A stretch of DNA of 32,000 nt from Pseudodesulfovibrio piezophilus C1TLV30 (GTDB lineage Bacteria; Desulfobacterota; Desulfovibrionia; Desulfovibrionales; Desulfovibrionaceae), in assembly GCF_000341895.1 (NCBI RefSeq), contig NC_020409.1, positions 1,320,001 through 1,352,000 of the forward strand, written 5' to 3'. The notes under the pieces are model-generated. The model saw nothing but the letters and a program-made list of their open reading frames with translations. It did not search any database and had not been told where the DNA came from. The position numbers and the translations under genes were made by a program. Of this stretch, positions 10,226 through 18,231 are shown one piece after another; position 1 is the first letter of the stretch; each line of letters begins with the position of its first letter.

Positions 10226-10813
10226 ATGAAGCGAAAAACCAAATCGCTTTTGCTCATCGTCGTTGGTGTTGCAATAGCGTTTCCGCTCTTCAGCATGACT
10301 TACTATACCATGGTACGGACTTCGACGCCGGAATTCTGTGGCCTATGCCACGAAATTCAGCCTGCCGTGATGGGATGGAAATCGTCAACGCACGTCAATA
10401 ACGGTCAAGGCTTTGTGGCCGACTGTATGGACTGTCATTTGCCTGCCCCGCATGACACGTTTGACTTTTTCTACGCCAAGGCAGCGCACGGTCTCAAAGA
10501 CGTTGTTTCCCACTACACAGGTGGTGCGGAGACCTATGATCGGCAAGTCATGAAAGAGCACGTCTGGTCAACCATGAAAAACGACCAGTGCACGAAATGC
10601 CATCGCAACCTGCTGCATATGCCAGCAAAACGTGGCGCAATGCTGGCGCATCGCAAAGTTCTCTATGCAAACAATGGCGAGGAGTACCGATGCACGGATT
10701 GCCACAGAGAGCTGGTTCACAATGATCGACAATTTTACGAGTACAAGCAGTTCAAAGCACCTTACCGGGCGAACGGACTGCGGAATTTAGGACACCAGGA
10801 GGGTTCGGAATGA
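10226..10813 (+). CDS. NapC/NirT/NrfH-family membrane-anchored tetrahaem cytochrome c.
   Basis: Four CxxCH motifs (CGLCH, CMDCH, CTKCH, CTDCH) follow an N-terminal TM helix (LLLIVVGVAIAFPLF). The ATG at 10226 is preceded by AGGAGGAGG. The ORF-track start at 10148 lacks an RBS. Confidence 0.88.
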   Translation: MKRKTKSLLLIVVGVAIAFPLFSMTYYTMVRTSTPEFCGLCHEIQPAVMGWKSSTHVNNGQGFVADCMDCHLPAPHDTFDFFYAKAAHGLKDVVSHYTGGAETYDRQVMKEHVWSTMKNDQCTKCHRNLLHMPAKRGAMLAHRKVLYANNGEEYRCTDCHRELVHNDRQFYEYKQFKAPYRANGLRNLGHQEGSE

Positions 10814-12189
10814 AAAGGAGTGTGATTGTACTACTGATGGTCACGTTCACAGCCCTGTTCGCAACAGTGGCTGCGGCGCAAAATTTCCCAAAAGTTCGGG
10901 AGTTGCGCATGGATCGGGCGACGCCTCCTCAAGGAGTTGCATGTATCGAATGTCATAAAAAGGAAACTCCAGGAATCTTTGCTGATTGGGCCATGAGCCG
11001 CCATGCTTCGGCGGGCATCACCTGTCTCGACTGTCACCAGGCACAGCCTGGGGACAAGGATATCTCTGTCGACCACGAAAAATATTATTCAAGGAGCGAT
11101 ATGCCTATGGGGGAAAAGCAATACTTTGTCCCAGTGGCATCCCCCGTCACTCCCAAAGATTGCTCTCGTTGTCACCCTGATGAGGCAAAGCAATATTCCA
11201 AAAGCAAACACGCGAACACCATTGAGATCATGTGGAAGATTGACCCTTGGCTGAACGGGGGCATGAATTCCGACAATGAGCGCAAGACGGGGTGTTACTA
11301 CTGCCACGGTACGGTGCTGAAGATGAAGGACGGTAAACTCGACCCGACTTCTTGGCCCAACGTCGGTGTTGGCCGTGTCAACCTGGATGGCTCTCTCGGC
11401 AGTTGCACCAGTTGCCATACCCGTCACCGTTTCTCCGTGATGGAAGCACGCAAACCTGAAACCTGCGGGCAGTGCCACCTTGGCCCGGATCATCCGCAAA
11501 TTGAAATCTATAACGAATCCAAGCATGGTGATATCTATCAGGCCTTCAAGCATGAATATAACTTCGACTCTGCTCCTGGCGCCTGGACTCCCGGAGTGGA
11601 CTATCGCGCTCCGACATGTTCCTCCTGCCACATGTCAGGGTCCGGGATGCAACCCACTACCCACGATGTGACTGAACGCCTGTCCTGGGAACTCCAGGCC
11701 CCGCTGACTGTTCGCCCGCAGGACTTCAAGCCGTTCCCCTCCGGTACAGACTGGACAGTTGAAAGGAACAAGATGAAGGATATCTGCAAGCAATGCCACG
11801 GAACCGCCTGGATTGAAGATCACTACACCCAGACTGACAAGGCTGTGGAAGAATACAACGAAAACTACTTCAAGCCCGCCAAGAAGATGCTTGATGACCT
11901 GTACACCAAGGGACTGCTCGACAAGTCCAAGTTCTTCGATGAACACCTTGAGGTAGAATTCTATGAATTGTGGCACCACGAAGGTCGCCGAGCAAGAATG
12001 GGGTCGGCCATGATGGCCCCTGACTATGCTTGGTGGCATGGGTTCTATGAATGCAAACACCGCTACAACAAGTTCATGGAAGAAGCGCGTCACCTCATTG
12101 AAATCAACACCAAGGCCTACAGGTATCCAGACTTCCCGAATACGGGTGGAGATACCACCAAGCCGGTGGAAGTTTTTGGCAAGCAGTAA
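10810..12189 (+). CDS. hao: Octahaem cytochrome c of the hydroxylamine oxidoreductase (HAO) family, with a signal peptide.
   Basis: Eight CxxCH motifs. Blocks such as CTSCHTRHRFSVMEARKPETCGQCHLGPDHPQIEIYNESKHG and APTCSSCHM closely resemble what I recall of Nitrosomonas HAO ([42 protein letters not shown] and APTCAACHM). It has a 4-nt overlap with the NrfH-like gene. Confidence 0.88.
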   Translation: MKRSVIVLLMVTFTALFATVAAAQNFPKVRELRMDRATPPQGVACIECHKKETPGIFADWAMSRHASAGITCLDCHQAQPGDKDISVDHEKYYSRSDMPMGEKQYFVPVASPVTPKDCSRCHPDEAKQYSKSKHANTIEIMWKIDPWLNGGMNSDNERKTGCYYCHGTVLKMKDGKLDPTSWPNVGVGRVNLDGSLGSCTSCHTRHRFSVMEARKPETCGQCHLGPDHPQIEIYNESKHGDIYQAFKHEYNFDSAPGAWTPGVDYRAPTCSSCHMSGSGMQPTTHDVTERLSWELQAPLTVRPQDFKPFPSGTDWTVERNKMKDICKQCHGTAWIEDHYTQTDKAVEEYNENYFKPAKKMLDDLYTKGLLDKSKFFDEHLEVEFYELWHHEGRRARMGSAMMAPDYAWWHGFYECKHRYNKFMEEARHLIEINTKAYRYPDFPNTGGDTTKPVEVFGKQ

Positions 12190-12206
12190 CACGCTCAATC
12201 ATTAAC

Positions 12207-12250
12207 AAAAGAAAGAGGGAGGGCTTATTACCCTTCCTCTTTCTTTTGTT
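12207..12250 (+). terminator. Rho-independent terminator of the nrfH-hao operon.
   Basis: The inverted repeat AAAAGAAAGAGGGAGGG / CCCTTCCTCTTTCTTTT has 1 mismatch and a 7-nt loop. It is followed by a T-rich tract and begins 18 nt after the hao stop. Confidence 0.75.
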
Positions 12251-12345
12251 ATTCAACGCCTTGAATCGATAATTGATTCCTTCAATGGCATTATCCGTTT
12301 TCTCGTCTTGGGTTACGTTTGGAAAGTTGGGTTCAAGAGAGTAAA

Positions 12346-12533
12346 TTCTTCTTGACCAATCCAGGCATGAACACGGCAAACCGAGTTTCATCATTAACCA
12401 GAAGAACGGATTTTCTACGAAAGAATCTGAAGATATTGCCATGCCAACCTTGCCCACGTTGGTTGCTAGACTCCAGGATTTATGCTGGCTTGATCTCGGC
12501 CAAAAGCTTCTGAATACATCCGATGTAAGGTAT
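12346..12533 (-). pseudogene. Truncated, inactivated copy of the N-terminal ~63 codons of the 21187..21792 hypothetical gene.
   Basis: Nucleotide homology to 21605..21792 continues upstream (sense direction) into the same REP-like repeat. The start codon is ATA instead of ATG. An in-frame TAA replaces the CAA codon (KPA*ILE versus KPAQILE). Homology ends after ...FMPGLVKK. Confidence 0.65.
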
Positions 12534-12639
12534 TGCTTATCTCAACTCGCTGGGTGATGAAGGATTCCTCACTTAGATAGCCACAATCAGGATCAGGATC
12601 AACTCAGATGGATCTTCTAGGGTCATGTGGTGGGTTATT

Positions 12640-12716
12640 CATTAAATAGGTATCGTGTCCCTCTAATTCCTAACTCCAAAAACGAAATATAATTAGGGAG
12701 GTGTCCCCATAATTTT
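12640..12716. repeat. REP-like hairpin repeat units (AATTAGGGAGGTGTCCCCATAATT family).
   Basis: GGTATCGTGTCCCTCTAATTCC and AATTAGGGAGGTGTCCCCATAATTTT are present. The same units recur near 21100, 21903-21972, 24166-24320, 24779-24832, 26651-26679 and 29221-29425. Confidence 0.7.
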
Positions 12717-12734
12717 GCACCCTTTGATATGCAT

Positions 12735-13220
12735 TTACTGGCAAAGGTTTTCAAGGTCTTCTGGATGCTCACGGTAATGCGATAAATCGCGGTGAAATAT
12801 CTTCTTGAGTTCTGGACAAGAGTACTTCTGATACACTCCATAGAAGCGAGTATATACACCGCAATAATGGAATACATCTGCTTGATGAACTGTTAACTGA
12901 TTATCACCGAAAGTCATTGAGACTGCACCCTGATCTCCCATGTCGGTCGGAGGGAAGTCAGCTATGAGTTTCATTCCTGACAGTTTCCCAACACCACCCA
13001 CATCACAATCCCCTGAGATCATGGTTTTAGGGCCATTACCGACATGCCCTCCACTGAGAGCGACTGTCACATCATCGCCCTCGACAGTCACATGGACAGT
13101 CGAATAGACATCACCTTTGTTGAGATACCAGCCAGCAATATCTGCCTCACCACCTGCCAGGGAATACGAAGCAGCTATTAATACAAGCAGAAATGCGATT
13201 AACAGTCTAATGCTGGTCAC
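12735..13220 (-). CDS. Secreted candidate immunity protein for the muramidase-like toxin domain (paralog of 27405..27896).
   Basis: Signal peptide MTSIRLLIAFLLVLIAASYSLAGG. It aligns along its whole length with the 27405..27896 product and shares the C-terminal block C..Y.RF.G.Y.KY.C.E.KKIF.RDL......P..LE.LCQ. It lies immediately downstream of, and overlaps by 14 nt, the orphan toxin fragment. Confidence 0.7.
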   Translation of the reverse strand: MTSIRLLIAFLLVLIAASYSLAGGEADIAGWYLNKGDVYSTVHVTVEGDDVTVALSGGHVGNGPKTMISGDCDVGGVGKLSGMKLIADFPPTDMGDQGAVSMTFGDNQLTVHQADVFHYCGVYTRFYGVYQKYSCPELKKIFHRDLSHYREHPEDLENLCQ

Positions 13221-14220
13221 CTTTCACTCCACCAAGTTCTTTATCGAACAATTCAAGAGCTTCTTTTTTCTCAAGAACCATTCTTCGATCATACCCTTTC
13301 TTCTGATTGGGTGGACACTTCTTACACCTTGTAGCCCTTTCATCATAGATAGCTTCAATCACTTTTCTTTCGTACTCAGGACTTGAACTATCCATACCTT
13401 TTGTTGTTTTCTCGACACGTTTAGCGGCGGCACCGATAAGCTCTGGCCCTTTGTGCTGCACACCAGTTGACCAGACCACATCTCGCAAAGTGGCAGAACC
13501 TTCAGTAGCATCCAGCCCGACCTTATCTTTCAAAGCGGACGCTGTTGGTCTGTAATGCGTTTCCTTGATGAAGGAGTGCTGGCTCTTTCTGAACTCTTCA
13601 GGATGCTTTTCAGAAAACTCTTTCCACCTATCGGAAAATCGTCTGATTCGACATATTGTTCGACAGTGCCACCAGTTTCACCTGTTTCGTGGTTCTTGCT
13701 CGTCATCTGATACAGGCCATACGATACACCGCCTGGGTCACCTTTGCCAGTAGAAACTGTACCGGCACCACGACCTCCGGTTTCGTATTTCTCTGACAGT
13801 TTACCCAAACTGAGAGGGTCTTCAGGAGTAGATTGTGGCTTTCCCTTATCTCCTTCTTCACCATTTGGAGCAGAACTTTCATCTGCTTCAGGCTTTGCTC
13901 TCTTCTCACCACCAGCATCACTCGCAGTGCCGGTGTCGTTCTCAGCATACATCTCGGCATCTTCCATCTTGAATCCTGGTTTGGCACCCGGAACATCTTC
14001 ATTTTCAGACGCTCGCGCTTTCTTTAGGTCAACACCAGCATATGTCAGATACTTGTCGTACATGGCATCAGCATCTTTCTCGTCAAACTTGGCCTCTGAC
14101 AGAACGTATTTGTTGATAAGATCAAAAGCTGCATCGTCATGCGCCTGAACACCTTTCTCATCTTTGACTCTTGGCGAGACGCTGCAAGCCTTAGTCGAGG
14201 ACGTTACGGGAACGCTCGTT
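13207..14220 (-). pseudogene. Orphan polymorphic-toxin cassette A: 5'-truncated and degraded, with a muramidase-like C-terminal domain.
   Basis: It retains family sequence only from ...LNERSRNVLD onward. There is a TAA at 14191-14193 where paralogs have Lys, plus a small deletion. The C-terminal domain (LSEKYETGGRGAGTVSTGKGDPGGVSYGLYQM...) is split into two ORFs (13530..14063 and 13207..13533) by a 1-nt loss in the homopolymer run at 13635-13638. The alternative frame reads FSDRWKEFSEKHPEEF..., matching the cassette D paralog. Confidence 0.75.
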
Positions 14221-14264
14221 ATTTTTTTTCAATTAAAACTACAGCCATAGACAGGTGATATCGA

Positions 14265-14729
14265 ATGGGGTATTTTTCTTATATGGAACACGCTAGAAGA
14301 CACGTACATCTCTTGTTGCTTGGTATTTTTTGCATTTCTGCAAGTTACTCATTTTGGGTATACTCCAATGCCCCTCAGTACCCTTTACTTATCCCAATTT
14401 GCGCAACCATTTTGCCTTGCCTCTTGGCCTATCTCTGCTGGAATCTTTTTATTAAAAACACCCAGAATAAGAGCAAGGCAATAGGACTTGTAATGGGATT
14501 TGCGTGCGGATGGTCAATCCTCTGCTTTGGTTTTGTAGGATGGCTTTTGGATGCAGTGATCACTGGACGGACAGGTCAGTTGAACTTTGGAGACTTCTCC
14601 TCGATTGCACAACTGATATTTTTTTTCGGCCCGACTTACCTATTACTTTTGAAGGGGTGGATTCCCTTACTGCTTTGTACGCTGCTTGTCTTTTTTCTTG
14701 CAGGCAACATTAGTAATAAACAAAGGTAA
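14265..14729 (+). CDS. Small polytopic membrane protein (about 4 TM): candidate immunity protein for the unknown helical toxin domain, encoded convergently to the toxin.
   Basis: Hydrophobic segments run throughout the protein. Its upstream DNA (GATATCGAATGGGGTATTT) is homologous to the DNA upstream of 25155..25616, which holds the same position relative to the paralogous toxin. The real start may be the ATG at 14283. Confidence 0.6.
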   Translation: MGYFSYMEHARRHVHLLLLGIFCISASYSFWVYSNAPQYPLLIPICATILPCLLAYLCWNLFIKNTQNKSKAIGLVMGFACGWSILCFGFVGWLLDAVITGRTGQLNFGDFSSIAQLIFFFGPTYLLLLKGWIPLLLCTLLVFFLAGNISNKQR

Positions 14730-14755
14730 AGCCAGAGGCCCTAGCCTCTGGCTTT
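14728..14755. terminator. Bidirectional hairpin terminator between the convergent immunity and toxin genes.
   Basis: AAAGCCAGAGGC-CCTA-GCCTCTGGCTTT is a perfect 12-bp stem flanked by A and T runs. Confidence 0.7.
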
Positions 14756-14767
14756 CTTTCCTCAGTC

Positions 14768-16248
14768 CTATTTGTAAACGGGAGGCTGTATTGGTTTCGT
14801 ATCTACTCTTGAATCGATGGCCTTTGCGAGTTCATATTTGCTGGGCATGAGGTGCTTAATACCCGTTCCAATTGTTTCGGCAGCCTTGCCAAATCCTTTT
14901 TTGTCATAGATTTCATAGGCAACTTCAAGAGACTCTTTGATCGCTTTTGAATCAATCATATCCATACGATCCACGACCTTGATTATCTTATCAATATCTT
15001 CCTGCGGCAAATCAGCCAATCCAGCTTCAAGATACGCTTTGGAATGAGAATCATAAGCCTTCTCTTTCAGTTTCTCAGGTTTTGATTCGTCCCACTCGCC
15101 GCGACGAAGGCCTGCTTCCATCTTGAACTGCAACTGGTCTTTGGTTCGTTCCATCCATTCCTGGCCTTCCTTGGAAAGTTCAGGTTTCAGCTTGTCGAAC
15201 CGCTTGACGTACTTGTCGCCATACTCGCGATAGTAGTAGGAGCCTCTTTGCCCAGATTGCGCTCCTCAAAGTCCTGGGCGCGTTTTTCATAGTATTCGGT
15301 TTTACCCAGGTCGTCCTTGATCCATGTGGGCTTGGCTCCCGGCTTCTGCCTGTAATGCTCCTCAACATCCTTCACGCTATTTCCGGTTTGCTTTTCCCAC
15401 TCACCTATGAGTCGAGCAGCTTTCGTTGGGGTGTCAGGCTTGGTGGCTTCAGCTTCCATCTCCCCGGCATGCTCTGCAGAAGACTTGGTAGGAGGCGCTT
15501 CTTGAACTTCTGTCGGCTCTCTGGCCGCCGCTTCATTTTGTTGCTGCGCCGGCTGCTCCTCTGGAGCGCCATCGGCGACTGTTGGAGCATCCGCAGGTTC
15601 TGCCTTTTCAACGCCTGCATAGCTCAAATACGTATCGTACATGGCATCAGCATCTTTCTCATCGAACTTGGCCTCGGACAGCACATATTTGTTGATGAGG
15701 TCGAAGGCCGCATCGTCATGCGCCTGGACGCCCTTGTCGTCCTTTGCGCCGAGCGCTCCCTGAGCGATACGCTGTAAGCCTTTGTCGAGCACGCTTTTGG
15801 AGCGCTCGTTGAGCTTATCAACGGCGAACCGATGGCCCTGTTTCAGGAAGCCGTCCTTGATCTTGGGTAAAGTTTCAGACAATGCTCCATGTCGCTTTCC
15901 TCCCTTGGGGAGATCAGACAGAATGCCATGCTCATAGTCGTCGAACTGCTTTTTCAGATTGGTCGCATCCTTGGACGGTTTCTTGCCAGTGACGTTCTTC
16001 TGCCAGCCGGCCAGCCCCTTACCGAAGAAGTCGTGCGCCTCGTTTTCCTTCTCAACAATTGTATTGAGCCGATCCAGATCATGGTACGCATCACGCTTCT
16101 GTTGTCGTGGTTGCTGCCGTTGGTTTTGATTCTTGAAGCCGATGCCCATTTCCAGCGCAGATTTACGCTGTCCGGGTGTTGCATTGTCGAGCATATTCTT
16201 CTGCTCGTCCGAGTTCATATTGATAAGTGATTTTCCAAAATCAAACAT
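14768..16248 (-). pseudogene. Full-length polymorphic toxin B (MFDFGKSL N-terminal domain plus unknown helical C-terminal domain), interrupted by a 1-nt frameshift.
   Basis: ORFs 15187..16248 and 14768..15154 together are colinear with the uninterrupted paralog 25636..26613. GATAGTAGT-AGG at about 15237 contrasts with GATAGTAGTCAGG at about 26096, so one C is missing. This may be a genuine pseudogene or a sequencing error. Confidence 0.8.
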
Positions 16249-16425
16249 ACTTCAGTTTCTCCTGTCACGATGTTGATTGATAAAGATCAAGCATCATAAC
16301 CTGGGTTTTCGGCTCAAGATAAAAACGGGCGAAAAAGGATACTCAAAGGATGAAAAAGCATAAGAAAGCAGCTTGACATGGTTCAAAGGCAAGGTCTGGC
16401 GAAAGGACGGCCGAATAAAATCTTG
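16249..16425 (-). promoter_or_regulatory. Conserved structured 5' leader / promoter region of the toxin genes (copy 1 of 3).
   Basis: It aligns with 20532..20705 and 31175..31350. It contains a hairpin just upstream of the RBS, a second element with alternative pairings (TTTTCGCCC / CCCGTTTTT / CGAAAA), and the invariant block CATGTCAAGCTGC (sense strand). Confidence 0.55.
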
Positions 16426-16660
16426 TGAGTGTTATTTCAAAAAGTTGCTGAGCTGTATTTTCGTCCCTACAAGGTGTTGGAAATGGCCTCGGGGGAAAAG
16501 AGGCATAAATGGATATCGAAAGGTATAAAAAAGCAGAGCACCTACTTATCATTGAAGACCGCTTAATTGCTTTACCAGTAAGATTTATAATTACAGTGAA
16601 ATAGCACCCTACTGGATATATTGCAGAATTCTGTTCTGACCTCATTCGTCTATCCACACG

Positions 16661-16752
16661 AAAAAGGCTTAGAAGGAAAACCTTCTAAGCCTTTATAGTC
16701 ATTGGTGGAGCTGGAGGGAATCGAACCCACGACCTCTTGAACGCAATTCAAG
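16661..16752 (-). repeat. tRNA-Ala-derived 3' half (nt 16703-16752, anticodon stem to CCA) plus its terminator hairpin; att-like direct repeat, copy 1.
   Basis: The sense strand reads CTTGA-ATTGCGT-TCAAG-AGGTC-GTGGG-TTCGATT-CCCTC-CAGCTCC-A-CCA, then GGCTTAGAAGG-TTTTC-CTTCTAAGCC-TTTTT. No D-arm or 5' acceptor strand lies upstream, so this is not a complete tRNA gene. Confidence 0.8.
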
Positions 16753-16775
16753 AAATCTTTCTTTACACATTGAGA

Positions 16776-17186
16776 TTATTGAAGATAAGAATTCACCTTC
16801 TCTGGGCACATATCCATCGCTGCACCCAAAGCTTTGTCTGGCGTTAAAAATTCAACACTAAACCAATCCCCTCCAGTGGAGATCGCATGTTTGGGTAGCT
16901 CGAAACCACTTGATCCGATTCGGACAATGACAGTCTCATATGGACAGTTAAGCCGAACCTCTTTCAACTCGTTCATTTTCTCAATGAGCATCACACTCGT
17001 CACATAGATCGTTTCTTCCACTCCATCCGCCAAATGCCGCCTGCCCTTACCAACGTATATTATCTCCACGTTTTCGCATAGCACAACAGTTTCGCACGCG
17101 GATGACAGGTCAACAAAACCCACCATCCACATACATATAACAATCACGGCAATGCAGATTCTATTCACTCCACACCTCGTGCTCAA
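16776..17186 (-). CDS. Hypothetical secreted or membrane-anchored protein; candidate immunity for the upstream MuF-motif fragment.
   Basis: N-terminal hydrophobic segment ICIAVIVICMWMVGFV. It overlaps the end of 17161..17721 and I recognised no motifs in it. Confidence 0.45.
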   Translation of the reverse strand: MSTRCGVNRICIAVIVICMWMVGFVDLSSACETVVLCENVEIIYVGKGRRHLADGVEETIYVTSVMLIEKMNELKEVRLNCPYETVIVRIGSSGFELPKHAISTGGDWFSVEFLTPDKALGAAMDMCPEKVNSYLQ

Positions 17187-17721
17187 GAGTGTAGTTGATC
17201 ATAACGTTGTCCGAACCGGCAGCGACCATATGTATCCGCCAATGCACCGGCGGCTCCTGGCTTGCGTCCAACGAAGTTGAGTTGCTCGAAAACGACATAC
17301 ATGTAATCTGCTCAGAATGGTCGTGGTTAGTCGACAAATGGACACCAGAAGTAAGCCCGCCAGAGATGCCCTCAAAAAATATTTTAACATGATCTCCACC
17401 CGTAAAGGTCTCATATGCATGCCCCGTTAACGGCCCATTAATATATCGTTTCGGTCTCCGCAATGGATGTTTCTTTATCTCGCATTTACATTTAGGATGC
17501 GGACGTTCCGGTTCTTCTATAAACTCTTTTCCTTCCATAGCCTTACATGTTTCACATGCTCTCTCTTTAGGATGCACAGTCCAGTAGTAATTACCTTTTG
17601 GGTTTTTAGGTGGTTTTTGATTATTACTATCATGCTTCGCTCCAGCCTTTTTGAACTTCGCTAGGCTCTCTTGAGTTGAAATCCCCACCATACGTTTTGG
17701 CATCCCGTGTCCCGTGAACAA
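17161..17721 (-). CDS. Fragment of a MuF/SPP1-gp7-like polymorphic toxin: C-terminal MuF motif plus an unknown C-terminal domain of about 100 aa.
   Basis: ERACETCKAMEGKEFIEEPERPHPKCKCEI matches the end motif of phage head-morphogenesis (MuF/gp7) domains, (D/E)RxCxxCxxxxGKxF...PxHPxCxC. Only about 60 aa precede it. The listed start is a TTG; an ATG is at 17703. The frame opens only 24 codons upstream of 17721, so the MuF domain is truncated. Confidence 0.45.
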   Translation of the reverse strand: MFTGHGMPKRMVGISTQESLAKFKKAGAKHDSNNQKPPKNPKGNYYWTVHPKERACETCKAMEGKEFIEEPERPHPKCKCEIKKHPLRRPKRYINGPLTGHAYETFTGGDHVKIFFEGISGGLTSGVHLSTNHDHSEQITCMSFSSNSTSLDASQEPPVHWRIHMVAAGSDNVMINYTLEHEVWSE

Positions 17722-17994
17722 ACTGATCGCCTCAAATGTGTTGTACCCGCTTCTCTGCCATCTCTCTTCTCCTTTTGCCCACAGGGCTGTTTATGTGTTT
17801 GCGGGAAGCCTACCACTGGTTTTTCGGAGAAAATCATCGAAACACGACACTGTCGGTCAAATACACTCTGTCGCCCGTCAAACACTCGCTCTGGTTGCTG
17901 AAATACACATTAATTTCAGCATGTTCCTCTTGACAGCTTTTTGAGGAGCTTCGATTTTTGGTCAACAGAATTGTATATTTTTTTGTATATTCCA

Positions 17995-18089
17995 CGAAAA
18001 AAGGCTTAGAAGGAAAACCTTCTAAGCCTTTATAATCATTGGTGGAGCTGGAGGGAATCGAACCCACGACCTCTTGAATGCTATTCAAA
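17995..18089 (-). repeat. tRNA-Ala-derived 3' half (18040-18089) plus terminator hairpin; att-like direct repeat, copy 2.
   Basis: Same 50-nt block as copy 1, but the anticodon loop reads ATAGCAT. The flanking DNA on both sides is homologous to copy 3. Confidence 0.8.
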
Positions 18090-18231
18090 GTCATCGTTTG
18101 TAGTTGTTTGGAATACCTATCGTTTTGAGCGAGGAATATACATCGAGGGTATATTTGCGGGTAAAAGGTATATTTTTGTATATTCCTGGGAGGTATAGAA
18201 ATGGTATATCCGGCCTCCCAGCCGCCCTACT

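Noticed and set aside
9696-10296. ORFs of 85 aa (+) and 170 aa (-) in the 590-nt divergent intergenic region, plus possible sigma-54 (TGGCAC...) or FNR/HcpR-like sites there.
   Set aside because: The ORFs have implausible composition and no RBS. TGGCACCTTCTCC lacks the -12 TTGC element, and I found no TTGAT-N4-ATCAA or TTGTGA-N6-TCACAA palindrome. The only clear structure is a hairpin, GGCCTCTTTTG...CAAAAAGAGGCC, at 10168-10198. I cannot assign a function to it.
11089-12198. Minus-strand ORFs of 180 and 187 aa inside the hao gene.
   Set aside because: They are shadow ORFs. The plus frame carries eight CxxCH motifs and HAO-family blocks.
12104-12457. 117-aa minus-strand ORF overlapping the 3' end of hao.
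   Set aside because: It is a chimera of antisense hao sequence, the terminator hairpin and the decayed gene copy, so it is not a credible gene. The embedded AIEGINYRFKAL peptide is too short to call a transposase remnant.
15889-16230. 113-aa plus-strand ORFs conserved in three copies (also 20172-20513 and 30815-31156), together with the alternative-frame ORFs 15954-16184, 20237-20527, 30880-31170 and 28417-29154.
   Set aside because: They are conserved only because they overlap the highly conserved 5' part of the toxin genes. The sense frame gives the coherent alignable protein, whereas these frames are low-complexity.
16371-16400. A perfect TTGACA hexamer on the plus strand in all three leader copies, which might be a divergent or antisense promoter.
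   Set aside because: No consistent -10 element follows at 16-18 nt across the three copies, and there is no plus-strand gene downstream. It is kept only as part of the conserved leader block.
17834-18094. 86-aa minus-strand ORF (MTLNSIQEVVGSIPSSSTNDYKGLEGFPSKPFF...).
   Set aside because: It is a translation straight through the tRNA-Ala 3' fragment and its terminator hairpin, so it is not a protein gene.
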